Part shown: positions 27,895-40,928 of the stretch, piece by piece
Position numbering within the stretch: the stretch's first letter is position 1
Layout: each line of letters begins with the position of its first letter
From: Octopus vulgaris
Lineage: Eukaryota
Assembly (NCBI GenBank): GCA_951406725.2
Contig: OX597818.1
Span: forward strand, 133,672,001 to 133,736,000
Length of the DNA stretch: 64,000 nt
Direction of reading: 5' to 3'
The notes under the pieces: model-generated
Seen by the model: the letters and a program-made list of their open reading frames with translations, nothing else
Database searches by the model: none
What the model was told of the DNA's origin: nothing
Translations under genes and position numbers: made by a program

Positions 27895-28282
27895 ATGGTG
27901 GAGGCGCAATGGCCCAGTGGTTAGGGCAGCGGACTCACGGTCATAGGATCGCGGTTTCGATTCCCAGACCGGGCGTTGTGAGTGTTTATTGAGCGAAAAC
28001 ACCTAAAGCTCCACGAGGCTCCGGCAGGGGATGGTGGTGATCCCTGCTGTACTCTTTCACCACAACTTTCTCTCACTCTTTCTTCCTGCTTCTGTTGTAC
28101 CTGTATTTCAAAGGGCCGGCCTTGTCACTCTCTGTGTCATGCTGAATATCCCCGAGAACTACGTTAAGGGTACGCATGTCTGTGGAGTGCTCAGCCACTT
28201 ACACGTTAATTTCACGAGCAGGCTGTTCCGTTGATTTGGATCAACCGGAACCCTCATCGTCGTAACTGACGGAGTGCTTCCC
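27895..28282 (+). mobile_element. SINE family B, full length with TSD
   Basis: TGGCCCAGTGG (A box), GGTTTCGATTCCC (B box); TSD ACAGTTTAAAT at 27884-27894 and 28283-28293. Confidence 0.93.
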
Positions 28283-29480
28283 ACAGTTTAAATCATTGAG
28301 TAATCCACAGACAATATACCATTAGTGTAATCCTGAGAATCAGTGTAATAGAGAGTATAGCAAGACTGGCTTTCAAATCACAGGTTCAATCCATATGATG
28401 GGCTTCTGTACAGTTTCATTCACAAGAATTCAGTCAATCTAAAGCAATGGTAGAAGATGCCCTCTCAAACTACTGAACTGTGAGATTGAATCTAGAATCC
28501 TGTGACTGCAAAGCTTATTTGTTAACCACACAGCCACATGCCCATGAAACACTCCAAGTGATTAGCTAATGCAACACTCCCACTGATTAGCAAACTAAAT
28601 TTAATTGACAAATTTCAGAGGGACACAGTAATTTTAGATTGGTAACAAGATGGATTATATTATTTCGTTTTGTTGTATTTTTCCTTTATTTCAGGATTTA
28701 AACATAAAATTGTAAAAATTTAGGATTAATAAACAGATGAAGAATTTCTGGACTTTTTTTTTAGATGTAAGGAAAACCAACAACAAAGGATAATATTTTG
28801 CTGTTCTGAGTTTTTGCTGTATTTATTTATTTTTTTTTTTTTTTAGGTAGGGAAGGTCAATTTTGAAATAGAAAAAAAACTACCAATTAAACACAAAATA
28901 ACACAGTAACTTGTTATAGTGGGGTGTGACACATTAAGTCTAGGGGTAGTAGGCAGAACAAATTGCTGAGTAATGGAACACAAGAAGGGATTTCTTTCCT
29001 CTTCGGTAGCAGCATGCAAGTAGCGATTATAGCATGGAAATAATGGTCAAAAGTTCACAGATGTATAAATGGTTCTGATTACATCTGGTTACTCGCCTTC
29101 TAATTACATATGCAAATCTGGCTTAAATTTTTTGTTTTTTTTATTGCTTGCATACATCAATGGCTATTGATCAGCATAACATAAAAAAAAAACCAAGCTG
29201 AGATCATCAAACTTGGTCAGTTTTCATCAACAGAAGCTTGTCTTACTCCTTCTCATTTAGTGCCAAATAGTGCTGCTACTTCAAGCATAACTACTACCAC
29301 TGTTACGATTACAGCCATTATTACTATCATCACTAATACTAGCATAATATAATCCCTAACCACTATTATTAGTACTGCTACTAACATAACTATTGCCAAA
29401 ATACGACTACCACTACTAACAAATTTAATTATTTGTACTATTATTAGCACCACTAGCATTACTACTATCACTGTTACTCT

Positions 29481-29753
<273 letters not shown>

Positions 29754-30725
29754 GGCTGTAAAGGTAAAAAAAAAAATTTAAATAACTTTATATTTTCCAA
29801 TTTGATATTGCCACTATCTCACCTCTGCACCCCACCACCACCACCACCACCACCAACATGCCAAAAATATGCTCCTTGCTGAACTAGTTGTGTCACATTA
29901 AAAATGAAGGGAGGGAGGGAGAGAAAGAGAGAAGGAGGCGGAGACAGACAGACAGACAGACAAAGAGACAGGTGGACAGACACAGAGATGGAGACGGAAG
30001 GAAAATCTCGACTATTTGGAGAGATATGAGAGCAGGGAAAGACAGCTGATGAAGGAAGAGGGGAAATGGATAGAGAAATGGTAAACAGAGAGAAGAGAGG
30101 AGATAGTTAATTTTAGAATTGGCAAGGAAGTGCTGCCAGAGGAAAACTGAGCCAGCAGATACTATGTCCAGAGATGGAGAGAGAGGATACAGTAGGGTGG
30201 TGGTGAAGGGCTTATGAACAGAGACAGAGGGAGAAAGAGAGAGAGAGAGAGAAAATGCACAGATAGTATGCAGGAGGAGAGGAAGGTGAGTTGGTTGGTT
30301 CCATAAATGGAATAGGAGATATAAGTAATTGATATTCTAAACTTACCTATAAATCAGAGTACATTCAACAAGCCTAATTTAGGCAACCTGTCAGAGCAGA
30401 AGGGATCAGTACCTTTTAGTGCTTATCAATGTTAGTTCTTGTTGTTCATTATTTGTGATGAACAATGACATCAAATTCTGGATTATATATATATATATAT
30501 ATATATATTTAATCAATATAGGGTGGCAAAAAAAATTTTGTAGAATTTTTTTGCCACCAGCGGCCTAGTGGGAAAAAATTAAATAGTCATATACCATTTA
30601 TAAGTTCAACATCACAATCAAGGAACGGCCATAATAGGCCATTCCTTGATTTTGATATATATATATATATATAGTAAATCCCCAAAAAAGAACAGCAAAC
30701 ACAAATTAAAAAAAGAAAACAAAAT

Positions 30726-31136
30726 AGGCGCAGGAGTGGCTGTGTGGTAAGTAGCTTGCTAACCAACCATATGGTTCCGGGTTCAGTCCCACTGCGTGGC
30801 AACTTGGGCAAGTGTCTTCTGCTATAGCCCCGTTCCGACCAATGCCTTGTGAGTGGATTTGGTAGACGGAAATTGAAAGAAGCCTGTCGTATATATGTGT
30901 ATATATATAAGTGTGTGTGTATATGTTTGTGTATCTGTGTTTGTCCTCCTAGCATTGCTTGACAACCGATGCTGGTGTGTTTACGTCCCCGTTACTTAGC
31001 GGTTCGGCAAAAGAGACCGATAGAATAAGTACTGGGCTTACAAAGAATAAGTCCCAGGGTCGATTTGCTCGACTAAAGGCAGTGCTCCAGCATGGCCGCA
31101 GTCAACTGACTGAAACAAGTAAAAGAGTAAAAGAGT
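30726..31136 (+). mobile_element. SINE family A, full length
   Basis: A and B boxes; tail (GTAAAAGA)n. Confidence 0.92.
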
Positions 31137-31154
31137 ATGTGGTACATGTAAAGT

Positions 31155-31282
31155 ATTAACAGATGCTCAGGGAAGGAAAGAAAGATGGTTTGATATTTCG
31201 AGCAATGCTCATCTTCAGAAACAGAGGAAAGTCCAATAGAAAGGAAGATGGAGCAAGAAAATCGCCAACAATTCACATGTGG
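31155..31282 (-). mobile_element. PLE-type pLTR fragment with minimal hammerhead (31188-31222)
   Basis: GTTT-CTGAAGA-T-GAGC-ATT-GCTC-GAAA-TATC-AAAC: helix I GTTT/AAAC and helix II GAGC/GCTC; homologue of 16110-16308. Confidence 0.7.
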
Positions 31283-31362
31283 TTACATTTTGGATATATA
31301 TAAAGAAAGAGTAAAAAGAGAGAGAGTGTATATGTGTGTGTGTGTATATATATATATATATG

Positions 31363-31478
<116 letters not shown>

Positions 31479-31728
31479 CATATATATATATAATAGAAAT
31501 ATTAAAATAACTAAGTCTCTCTAAAAGAGAACAGCGGCAGCGTTCCCGGAAAATAGTACTGTAGCTGCCGGTCAAGTAGTGTGGAGCGACTGACCTCCCT
31601 TGTTCGAAGGTTATATGGATACAGTTTGTGTATCAAATAGCTAACTTAAGGCGATGGCCTCATGGAGCTAATAAGCGGACAGCTTTTTTCTTATTTTTAT
31701 AAGAATGCCATATTAGTATGGCGATAAC

Positions 31729-31801
<73 letters not shown>

Positions 31802-31953
31802 GAGATAGATAGAGAGAGAGAGAGTGAGAAGTAGACAGAGAGAGATTGATAGATAGGTGTATAGAGATATATACCTATGTGTGTGTATGTAAGTATATCT
31901 ATTGATATGCATACATATATACATATGTATGCATACATCTACATGCATGGTTG

Positions 31954-31986
<33 letters not shown>

Positions 31987-32715
31987 GCATGTGTGCAGAT
32001 GTATGTTTGCATATATGTATATGTATGTGTATATATATGTAGAGAGAGAGATATATATGAGTGTGTGTATATGTATATACATATATATATAAATATATAT
32101 ATATATGTGTCTGTGTGTGTGTGTGTGTGTAGATAGATAGATAGATATAGATATACACAAAAGGGTGCTGAAAAATTCCTGGCTTTAACGGTATCGCAAA
32201 AGGTTGGTAGAAACTGTTAAAACTGTGATACTAGAGCAAGATGTGGTCCTCCAGCATACTGGATCCTGTTAAACCATTTGTTTCATGCCAGCATGGTAAA
32301 CAGATGGATAATGATGAGGAGGATGAGGATAATGATGATGATGATGATGATGATGATGCATTTATCCATATATACATACATGCATACATAATCATTGCTG
32401 GAGAAAGAATCATTTGTGCAGCATGCCTGATTGTGTGTATATGTGTTACAATATTGCATTAGAAAAGAGAGAAAGTCTGTGAGAGAGTGAGAACGGGAGG
32501 AAGAGACAGAGAGAGAGAGACAGACAGAGAAAATTGGCAAAAGAGGTGAAGTGAGGTTGATGATGATCTTCTCCTTCTTGTTTCCTTTTTTTTTCTTTTT
32601 TCAAGCAAGAAAAATGATAAATTTTAATCATAGTTCTTCTAAACAGAACTGAGTTCTCATAATATTGCAAATATGATATATCACACATTTATTAAAATTT
32701 TTTTTAATTACCCCC

Positions 32716-32801
<86 letters not shown>

Positions 32802-33595
32802 TACAGGCCACAACACATGACGATGTTGTGTTTCAATTCTAATTATTTCTTCCAATGTTGCCAGGATGCCAAGATAGTTTATACTGAAGAAAGTTACATA
32901 GGGTTTATTTATTTTTGTTGTTGTATTGTTGTTGTTTGTTTAATTGATATTTTGTTTACTTTTTGTAGTTAAATTTAAAAGAAAATCTGTTTTATAATTT
33001 TTTTTTAATAATATTTTTTTTATCCTTTAGGATGGATTTCATTGAAGTCCTATGCATCTCATGTGACATTATGAGGCCTTCATGTCTGGTCATTGCCATG
33101 TCTTTTATTTTGCCTCTGTCTTTTTTCATCTTCCTCTTCATCCTCCTCTTCCTCCTTTTCTTCATTCTGCTTCTTTTAAACCAATATCTGTATAGATTAC
33201 CAAGCTAGGGAATTCTACGAATGAAACTCTGATTGGAGACACAAAGGCAACTGAAGGTGAAAGAAAGGCAACGTCAGGATGGGAGAGAAAATATATAGAG
33301 GAGGGAAGGAGAGAGAGAGAGAGAGAGAGAGACAAGGAGGCAGTAAAAGAATGAGAGAGAAAAGTGTAAAAGATAGTGGAAGAGAGAAAATGTAAGAGAT
33401 AATAAAATAGGAAAGAGAAACAAAATGAGGAAGAGAGAAAGAGTAAAATAATGTCAAAGAATAAGGGAGAAAGAGAGAGGAAGTAATAGATAGAGAGAAA
33501 GAACTGAAAGGAGAGTAAATGAGTGAGAATGTTCACATAGTGGAAGGACTGTTTATGTGTATATCATAAGAAAGACTTATGAGAGAGAGAGAGAG

Positions 33596-33632
<37 letters not shown>

Positions 33633-33713
33633 AGGACAGACAAACAGACAAGCAGTCAAAAAGACAATAGTCAGACACAAAATATTTTCTGGTGGTATAG
33701 GTTAAAATCACAG

Positions 33714-34850
33714 AATTTTTTTCTGATGTTATGTAGTCTGATCAATAAGTATCCGGATTGTTGCCATAGTAACAAAGCTAAAGCACACAGAGTGAAGTCA
33801 CTTGGTACAGATTGACCTTGAACTCTGCTGTGCATGTGCACTAAGTTTTAATGTTCCAGCTAACTTCTACCGTCTACAGCAGTGCTTGGAAGGAAGGTGT
33901 GTAGCATGTGATCATTACATTGACAATGGGAGAGGAAGTTGAGCAGAGAAACTGCATCAAATTTTTTCTGATGTTATGTAGTCTGATCAATAAGTATCCG
34001 GATTGTTGCCATAGTAACAAAGCTAAAGCACACAGAGTAAAGTCACTTAGTACAGAATGACCTTGAACTCTGCTGTTCATGTGCACTAAGTTTTAATGTT
34101 CCAGCTAACTTCTACCGTCTACAGCAGTGCTTGGAAGGAAGGTGTGTAGCATGTGATCATTACATTGACAATGAGAGAGGAAGTTGAGCAGAGAAACTGC
34201 ATCAAATTTTGCCAAAAGCTTGGCAATACCTGGTCAAAGGCCTACACAAAGTTTTCAAAAAGTTTTCATCATTCTTGACATAATCAAGGAGATCTTGATC
34301 TCCTTGATTGTGCAACTGAGACCCAGGTGTCTTTTTGGTCAGCTGAAAGCAGTTTTGGCACAAACTTGGCAGGCACGCGTCTCATACCCAAATCTTCAGT
34401 GATAATGGACTGAACTGAACTGTAACTAATCTGTACATCCTCTGATAACTCACGGATTGGTGATTCAATGATTTTCCTTCACAGCTGCATGCACAACTGT
34501 GATGTTTTTCTCAGTTCAGCTGGTTGCGGGTCTCCCAGAACATTTGTCAATATCAACATTTTTTTTAGCCATCTTGGAAATGTCTGAACCACTCATACAC
34601 TTTTGAGTGGCTCCATACACTTTCTGCAACTTTGCATAGGCCTCTGAGCAGGTATCGCCAGGACAACTTTTTCTGTTATAGTCAATCCGACAATCACACG
34701 CTACACACCTTCCTTCCAAGCACTGCTGTAAACAGCGGAAGTGAACTAGAATGTTAAACCTTAGTGTGCATGTACAGCGGTGTTCAAGGTCAATCTGAGC
34801 CACGTGGCTTCACCCTGCATGCTTTGGCTTCGTTACTATGGCAACAGACC
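33714..34850. mobile_element. Rearranged mariner remnant: tandem 245-bp duplication of the left end plus an inverted partial copy
   Basis: TIR-like TA-TGTAGTCTGATCAATAAGTATCCGGA twice (about 33730 and 33975); plus strand MREEVEQRNCIKFCQKLG; minus strand ...SGRPATS*TEKNITVVHAAVKENH...EDLGMRRVPAKFVPKLLSADQK (mariner HTH and WVPxxL-like linker). Confidence 0.85.
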
Positions 34851-35518
34851 AGTTATATGAGATTATTAGTAGGTCATAAAAATACATATAGTTTTATAGA
34901 GCTCATCAAAATATGCACACACACACACACACACATACACACACACACATATGAGAAAGCAAGAGAAAGTGAGAGAGAAGAAAAGAGTGAAGAGAATGGA
35001 GAGTGGAGAGTTATGGGGTTAAGTGGGAGAAACAGAAAAATAAAAAGTGTATGCATCTCTATATAAGTATGTATATGCAAATGTTCATGTACATGTGTAT
35101 GTGAGTGAGTGTGAAAGCAAAATACAAGGAATGTGTATGTAAACATATGCATTCTTTTAACTTAGAAGAAATGAGTTACAAAAAGCAAAAGAAAAAGGAG
35201 AGAAAGTGTGTATGAGAGAGAGAGGTGAGAGAGAGAGAACAGAAGAAAGAAAGTGAGAATATGAGGGTAAAATTTCAAAGTAACAAAAACTAAGAGAGTG
35301 TGTGTGTGTTTGGGAGTATATCTTGCAAGAGAAAGAAATCGCAGCTGTGTGTGTATATATGTTGTGCATGTGTATATATATATATTCCTTCCTTCCTCAG
35401 GTCCGCAATTTCTGATGGAATTCTAAGGATTTTCTTTGTGACACAAGGTATGCCTTTCATATTTCAAAGCTGGTTGGGGTCTATCCCTCTCCGGGTCCAA
35501 ACACAACTGATTTCTACC

Positions 35519-35989
35519 AGAGAGAGAGAGGGGGGGGGGAGAGAGGAAGAAGAAGAAGAAGGAGAAGAAGAAGAAGAAGAAGAAGAAGAAGAAGGAGAAG
35601 AAGAAGAAGAAGAAGAAGGAGAAGAAGAAGGAGAAGGAGAAGAAGGAGAAGAAGAAGAAGAAGCAGAGGGAGAAGAAGAAGAAGAAGAAGAAGAAGAAGA
35701 AGAAGAAGGAGAAGAAGAAGGAGAAGGAGAAGAAGGAGAAGAAGAAGAAGAAGCAGAGGAAGAAGAAGAAGAAGAAGAAGAAGAAGAAGAAGAAGCAGAG
35801 GGAGAAGAAGAAGAAGAAGAAGAAGAAGAAGGAGAAGAAGAAGGAGGAGAAGAAGAAGAAGAAGAAGGAGAAGAAGGAGAAGAAGAAGAAGAAGAAGAAG
35901 AAGAAGAAGAAGAAGAAGAAGAAGGAGAAGGAGAAGAAGAAGAAGAAGAAGAAGAAGAAGAAGAAGAAGAAGAAGAAGAAGAAGAAGAA
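35519..35989 (+). repeat. Polypurine (GAA)n/(GGA) tract
   Basis: About 470 bp almost entirely purine on one strand, with three GCAGAGG interruptions. Confidence 0.95.
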
Positions 35990-36461
35990 TCAGCACTGAT
36001 ATTAAATTGACAGTTCATTTATTGATTCTAAAAGAATGGAAGGTAAAGTTACAGTGGTGGGATTTGAACTTATGGTGCAGAGAGTAGGTATGAATACTGC
36101 AAAGCATTCTAATCAAATGCTATAACGACTCTGCCAAATTGCCACCTATGTATGTATGTGTGTGTGTGTAAGAGAGAGAAGGAGCACAAGACAGAAAGAT
36201 GAAAAGACGGAAGAGCGTGACAGAAACTCTAATAACAGAGGCAATTATCTTTTAAGCAAGTTTCTCAAGTCTCTTTCATCCTAATACTTAAGAGACACTA
36301 CATTTCTTAACATTGTTTCAATGTTACATAACAAAACCTTCTTCATGTATATTCATGCTTTCTGGTAACCAAACAGATAAAAAATAGAGGACTATTCAAG
36401 CACAAGGATCAACAGTAACAACTAATCACTTACCTTCAAAATTGATGGCATATGCCTGAAT

Positions 36462-36515
<54 letters not shown>

Positions 36516-36517
<2 letters not shown>

Positions 36518-36727
36518 TAGTTTTATTTTTTATAGCGTGCTTTCACTTCACTACCGAGCGCAGCTCTGTGTGCCTTGGGTATGTGCTGTGATTTGTTGTG
36601 ATGCTCTGATGGTTATTGTATGGAAAGTGTTCTGCGTAGGATGTGTGCAGTGCCTAGTAGTGCAATTTTCTGTATGTTATATGTGTTTGTAAGTCCTGGT
36701 GTTTTTGTTATGTATTTGTCTGAATAT
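36516..36727 (-). mobile_element. R4/Dong-type retrotransposon 3' end inserted in (TAA)n
   Basis: Minus translation DKYITKTPGLTNTYNIQKIALLGTAHILRRTLSIQ*, short 3' UTR, (TAA)n on both sides. Confidence 0.8.
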
Positions 36728-36732
36728 TATTA

Positions 36733-36782
<50 letters not shown>

Positions 36783-36784
<2 letters not shown>

Positions 36785-37245
36785 CTTTGAGTGCTAGGGC
36801 GGTGCATGCCATCAAAATGACACTGGGGTAAAATATCCGAAGCCCAGTATACCCATTATGACTACCTGTCTGATAAGGGTACACCAAGTACAATGCATCA
36901 CAACCATATGTGCACAACATGGTGATCTCATATCAAGATAAACAGTGGGTGGCCTTGCAGATGGGGCCCAGTATGAATTTTCTTCAGGTCAAGTAGCCCA
37001 TCCTACTCAAAAGGTCCATGAATAAGGGTTGTTTAAGGATGTTTCCAGAGGTGAATTATTAAAACTGCAAAGAATTCCTCTTAACACATGGCTGTGATGC
37101 TCCCTCACTACTGCTCATGATCAGAGATGCACATATCATCAGCCACCAAGGGACATAGGGACATGCTCAACTAGTTAAGATCAAATAACTGACAAGCAAA
37201 TCCGTGGTATTGAGCAGAATATTTGCTGTAGCGCACCTTTTACAC
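36783..37245. mobile_element. Unclassified interspersed repeat-like segment embedded in (TTA)n
   Basis: Complex, GC-richer block sharply bounded by (TTA)n on both sides; no recognisable protein motif. Confidence 0.4.
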
Positions 37246-37289
37246 TTATTATTATTATTATCATTATTATTATTATTATTATTATTATT

Positions 37290-37628
37290 GTGAAGGCGCA
37301 TGGCTCAGTGGTTAGAGCGTCGAGCTTACGATCGTGAGGTTGTGAGCTCGAATCCCGGACCGGGCTGCGTGTTGTGTTCTTGAGCAAGGCACTTTATTTC
37401 ACGTTGCTCCAGTTCACTCAGCTGTAGAAATGAGTTGCGATGTCACAGGTGCCAAGCTGTATCGGCCTTTGTCTTTCCCTTGAATAACACTGGTGGCGTG
37501 GAGAGGGAGGCGGTATGCATGGGCAACTGCTGGTCTTCCATAAACAACCTTGCCCGGACTTGTGTCTAGGAGGGTAACTTTCTAGGTGCAATCCCATGGT
37601 CATTCATGACCGAAGGGGGTCTTTACCC

Positions 37629-37629
<1 letters not shown>
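37290..37629 (+). mobile_element. SINE family C, full length
   Basis: TGGCTCAGTGG (A box), GAGCTCGAATCCC (B box); CpG-rich, so probably young; inserted in (TTA)n. Confidence 0.92.
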
Positions 37630-37687
<58 letters not shown>

Positions 37688-39255
37688 TGAACAATGGATT
37701 TGCAGAATTGCTACAGTGTCAGAAAAAACTGCTTTGTGGTATTTGTGTTTGGTTCTTTACATACTGAGTTCAAATTTTACCAAGGCTAACTTTCATTTTT
37801 ATCCCTCTAGAATTGATAAAATAAAGTACCACTCAATTACAGGGATTTGATTTCATCAACTAAACCCAATCTCCCAAATTTCTGCCCTTGTGCTTATATA
37901 TCAGAAATGATTGTTATTATGATGATCATTTGAATTAATATACTTATAACAAAATCCTCAACAAGACAGCTTGGTTACAAGAGCAGGAATGAATAACAGG
38001 AATGGATCAAAAGAAGTGAGACATTCTTCAGTGTTACTTGTAGCCAATAAGTGATTAATACCAAGAAATACTTCAAAATAATTATGTTTGGTTGCTTCCA
38101 AATGGAACTACAATTGCAAGTATATAAACTGCTAGAAACACTATTAGATAAATGCTAATATTTAAACTGCTAATATTTGCAGAATCTTACAAGTGGAATA
38201 GAAAGTGCAATGTTAAAAATAAAGGGAAATTCACCAGATAGGATACTATTTTTATCATCATTCTACAATGTTTATTGTAGATGGAATATGAAAAAATATA
38301 TATAAAAAAAAAGGAGGGGAAATGTGGAAAAGTGTAGGTGGATGGGGCAGAATGCTAAATTATTCAGAAATCAATTTTACTCTTATCTTTAATAGGAAAA
38401 GATATTTCTTACCTTCTTTTCCTCTTCCATTTTCCTTTTTTTTTTTTTTGCCTGCCTTTCCCTACCAAACTTTTTGCTTTCGATTTTTCAGTTTCATTTA
38501 TTTATTTATTGTTGTTTCTTTTATATTTTTTCAAATATGTTATCGAAATTTATAATGTTTGCCTTTTTTTTATGGAATAAGGTTTTAAAAAACATATTGA
38601 ATCAATTATTTTAATGCCTGAATAAGATAGTCAACAATTCAGTACATTAATTCAATTTCTTCAATAGGAGTAATTATTCTATTTCAGTTATCACTTCATT
38701 TTCCTGTGCAGTGAAAACAGGCATAATGGCTTCTGCATACAATAGGATGAAATGACCTTAAATCTGTAAAGTCAAAATTTTCAAATCAAAAAGAAGCAGA
38801 GACCTGTTGACGCTAAACTTGAGAAATTTGTTTAATACAGAAGAGGAAGTAAGACAAGAAGCAATTATTACAAAAGCCAACGAAGTACAGTTAACTAGTA
38901 TACAGTGTTTGGTATAATTATGTTGTGAGAAAGGTGGCTTGAAGACACGTTAGACTTTGCTAAAGAGTTAATCAATGACCAAATGATTAAAGAACAAAGC
39001 TGTTAAAGAGCCAAAGAGTTAAACATTGGTGTTCTCTATATCTCCTACATTGGAATTTCGGTGGGAAAAAATTGAGAGCTGCAGATGGCCTAGAAAAGTA
39101 GATGCTTAATACAAGTTGAATAGTCACCAATTGATATAAAGTTACTAGCCTGGTGTTGTATCTATAACCAAGACATTTAGTTACATATGAACCAGTTCAC
39201 TTTGTTAGGATATATACAGCTCATTGTTATAATCATTAGGAGTATAGTATATATA

Positions 39256-39468
39256 TTTGGCATTTAAACAAGCCATATCCAGCTCAAATATACTACCTGT
39301 TTTATGTTCAAACTGACCAAATTTGACCTCTCATGCCTACCCTACAATGTCATTCTAAGAATAAACATTCAGACTCTCAAAGCTTCAAGATGATGTCTAA
39401 TTAATTCAAAACAATGTGAATGAATAACTATTACATTGGACAGAGAAATCTGAATGCCAAAAGGTTAA
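39256..39468. mobile_element. TTAA-type MITE, left end eroded
   Basis: Homologous to 49544-49770; ends GAATGCCAAAAGG-TTAA. Confidence 0.75.
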
Positions 39469-39554
39469 TAGATTTCTCATGTTGTTGCTGTTTAGCCCCA
39501 CATCAGTGTTGACAGAGTAGACCCATGATCAAAGGCATTTCAGCAATTGATATA

Positions 39555-39931
39555 CTCTTTTTACTCTTTTACTTGTTTCAGTCATTTGACTGTGGCCATG
39601 CTGGAGCACCGCCTTTAGTCGAGCAAATCGACCCCGGGACTTATTCTTTGTAAGCCCAGTACTTATTCTATCGGTCTCTTTTGCCGAACCGCTAGGTGAC
39701 GGGGACGTAAACACACCAGCATCGGTTGTCAAGCAATGCTAGGTGGACAAACACAGACACACAAACATACACACAAATACATATATATATATACATATAT
39801 ACGATGGGCTTCTTTCAATTTCCGTCTACCAAATCCACTCACAAGGCATTGGTTGGCCCGAAGCTATAGTAGAAGACTGAACCTGGAACCATGTGACTGG
39901 TAAGCAAGCTACTTACCACACAGCCACTCCT
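39555..39931 (-). mobile_element. SINE family A with small internal deletion
   Basis: Matches 24936-25342 except for a deletion across the B-box region. Confidence 0.9.
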
Positions 39932-40280
39932 ATCCTCTCTTTTTATTAGGGGCTGTGAATTATATCAACTAATATGTCTTTATTTTTAAGACAGTGAAAT
40001 ATACTTTGAAGGAGATGTACTCGCTATTTCTAGCAAACTGAGTGATTTAAAGAAGGTTCCTTATTAGCTGAGAAATGGGACATTCATCCTGGTTCCCTTT
40101 TCATACTAAGCAAGCATTCTATCATTATAGTTAGCTTAACTCACAACTGATTTTCATATAGAGATGCACGGTCTCAGATTTGCAAGAGAGAGGTTGTAGT
40201 AAATTGAATTCACCTCAATACATGTTTCAACCTTATTTCATCAAATCTTGGATTAAGAAGCACAATATTAAGAATCACAG

Positions 40281-40690
40281 GTGAAGGTATGATTAAGTGG
40301 TTAGAAGCTTGCTTCCCAACTGCAAGATTTCAGGTTCAGTCCCACTGAATAGCCCTTTGTGCATGTGTCTTCTACTATAGTTTCAGGCCAACTAAAGCAT
40401 TATCAGTGGATCTGGTAGACGGAAACTAAAAGAAGCCCATCATAAATGTGTGTGTGTTTGAGTGCGTGTACGTGTATGTCTTTGTCCCCTACCACCACCT
40501 GAACTGGTGTTGCAGTGTTTATGTCCCCATAACTTAGAAGTTCAGTAAAAGAGAACAATAAAATAAATGCTAGGCTTAAAAACAAGAAGTCCAGCAGTCA
40601 ATTTGTTTGATTAAATCACTTCAAATTGCCCCACCACCACCACCACCACCAGCATTGCTGCAGTCAAGTGACTGAAACAAGTAAAAGAAA
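40281..40690 (+). mobile_element. SINE family A, old copy
   Basis: GGTTCAGTCCCACTG...GACTGAAACAAGTAAAAG. Confidence 0.75.
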
Positions 40691-40868
40691 AAAAATTGAC
40701 AATTCATGATTATTTCATTAACTAGCCAAACCAATTTCAATATTCTACTTATGGGGAACTACAAATCTGTGTCACTAATCATCTTAGTTTTGAGACTCAT
40801 TGGTTTGAAGTCCTGGTTCTGATTAAGATTTGAATGAGAGAACACAGCTGTAGCATTCTAATAAGCGT

Positions 40869-40908
<40 letters not shown>

Positions 40909-40928
40909 CAGTCGTTGCTGATGTGTAG

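Noticed and set aside
27901-27975. tRNA gene candidates at SINE heads (also 37290, 54420, 62897)
   Set aside because: A and B boxes are present but continue into SINE bodies with TSDs; no closed cloverleaf or terminator.
35300-36010. 236-aa poly-Glu ORF (and antisense poly-Ser / poly-Leu ORFs)
   Set aside because: Translation of a (GAA)n tract that lacks stops by composition; GTG start within simple sequence; no domain.
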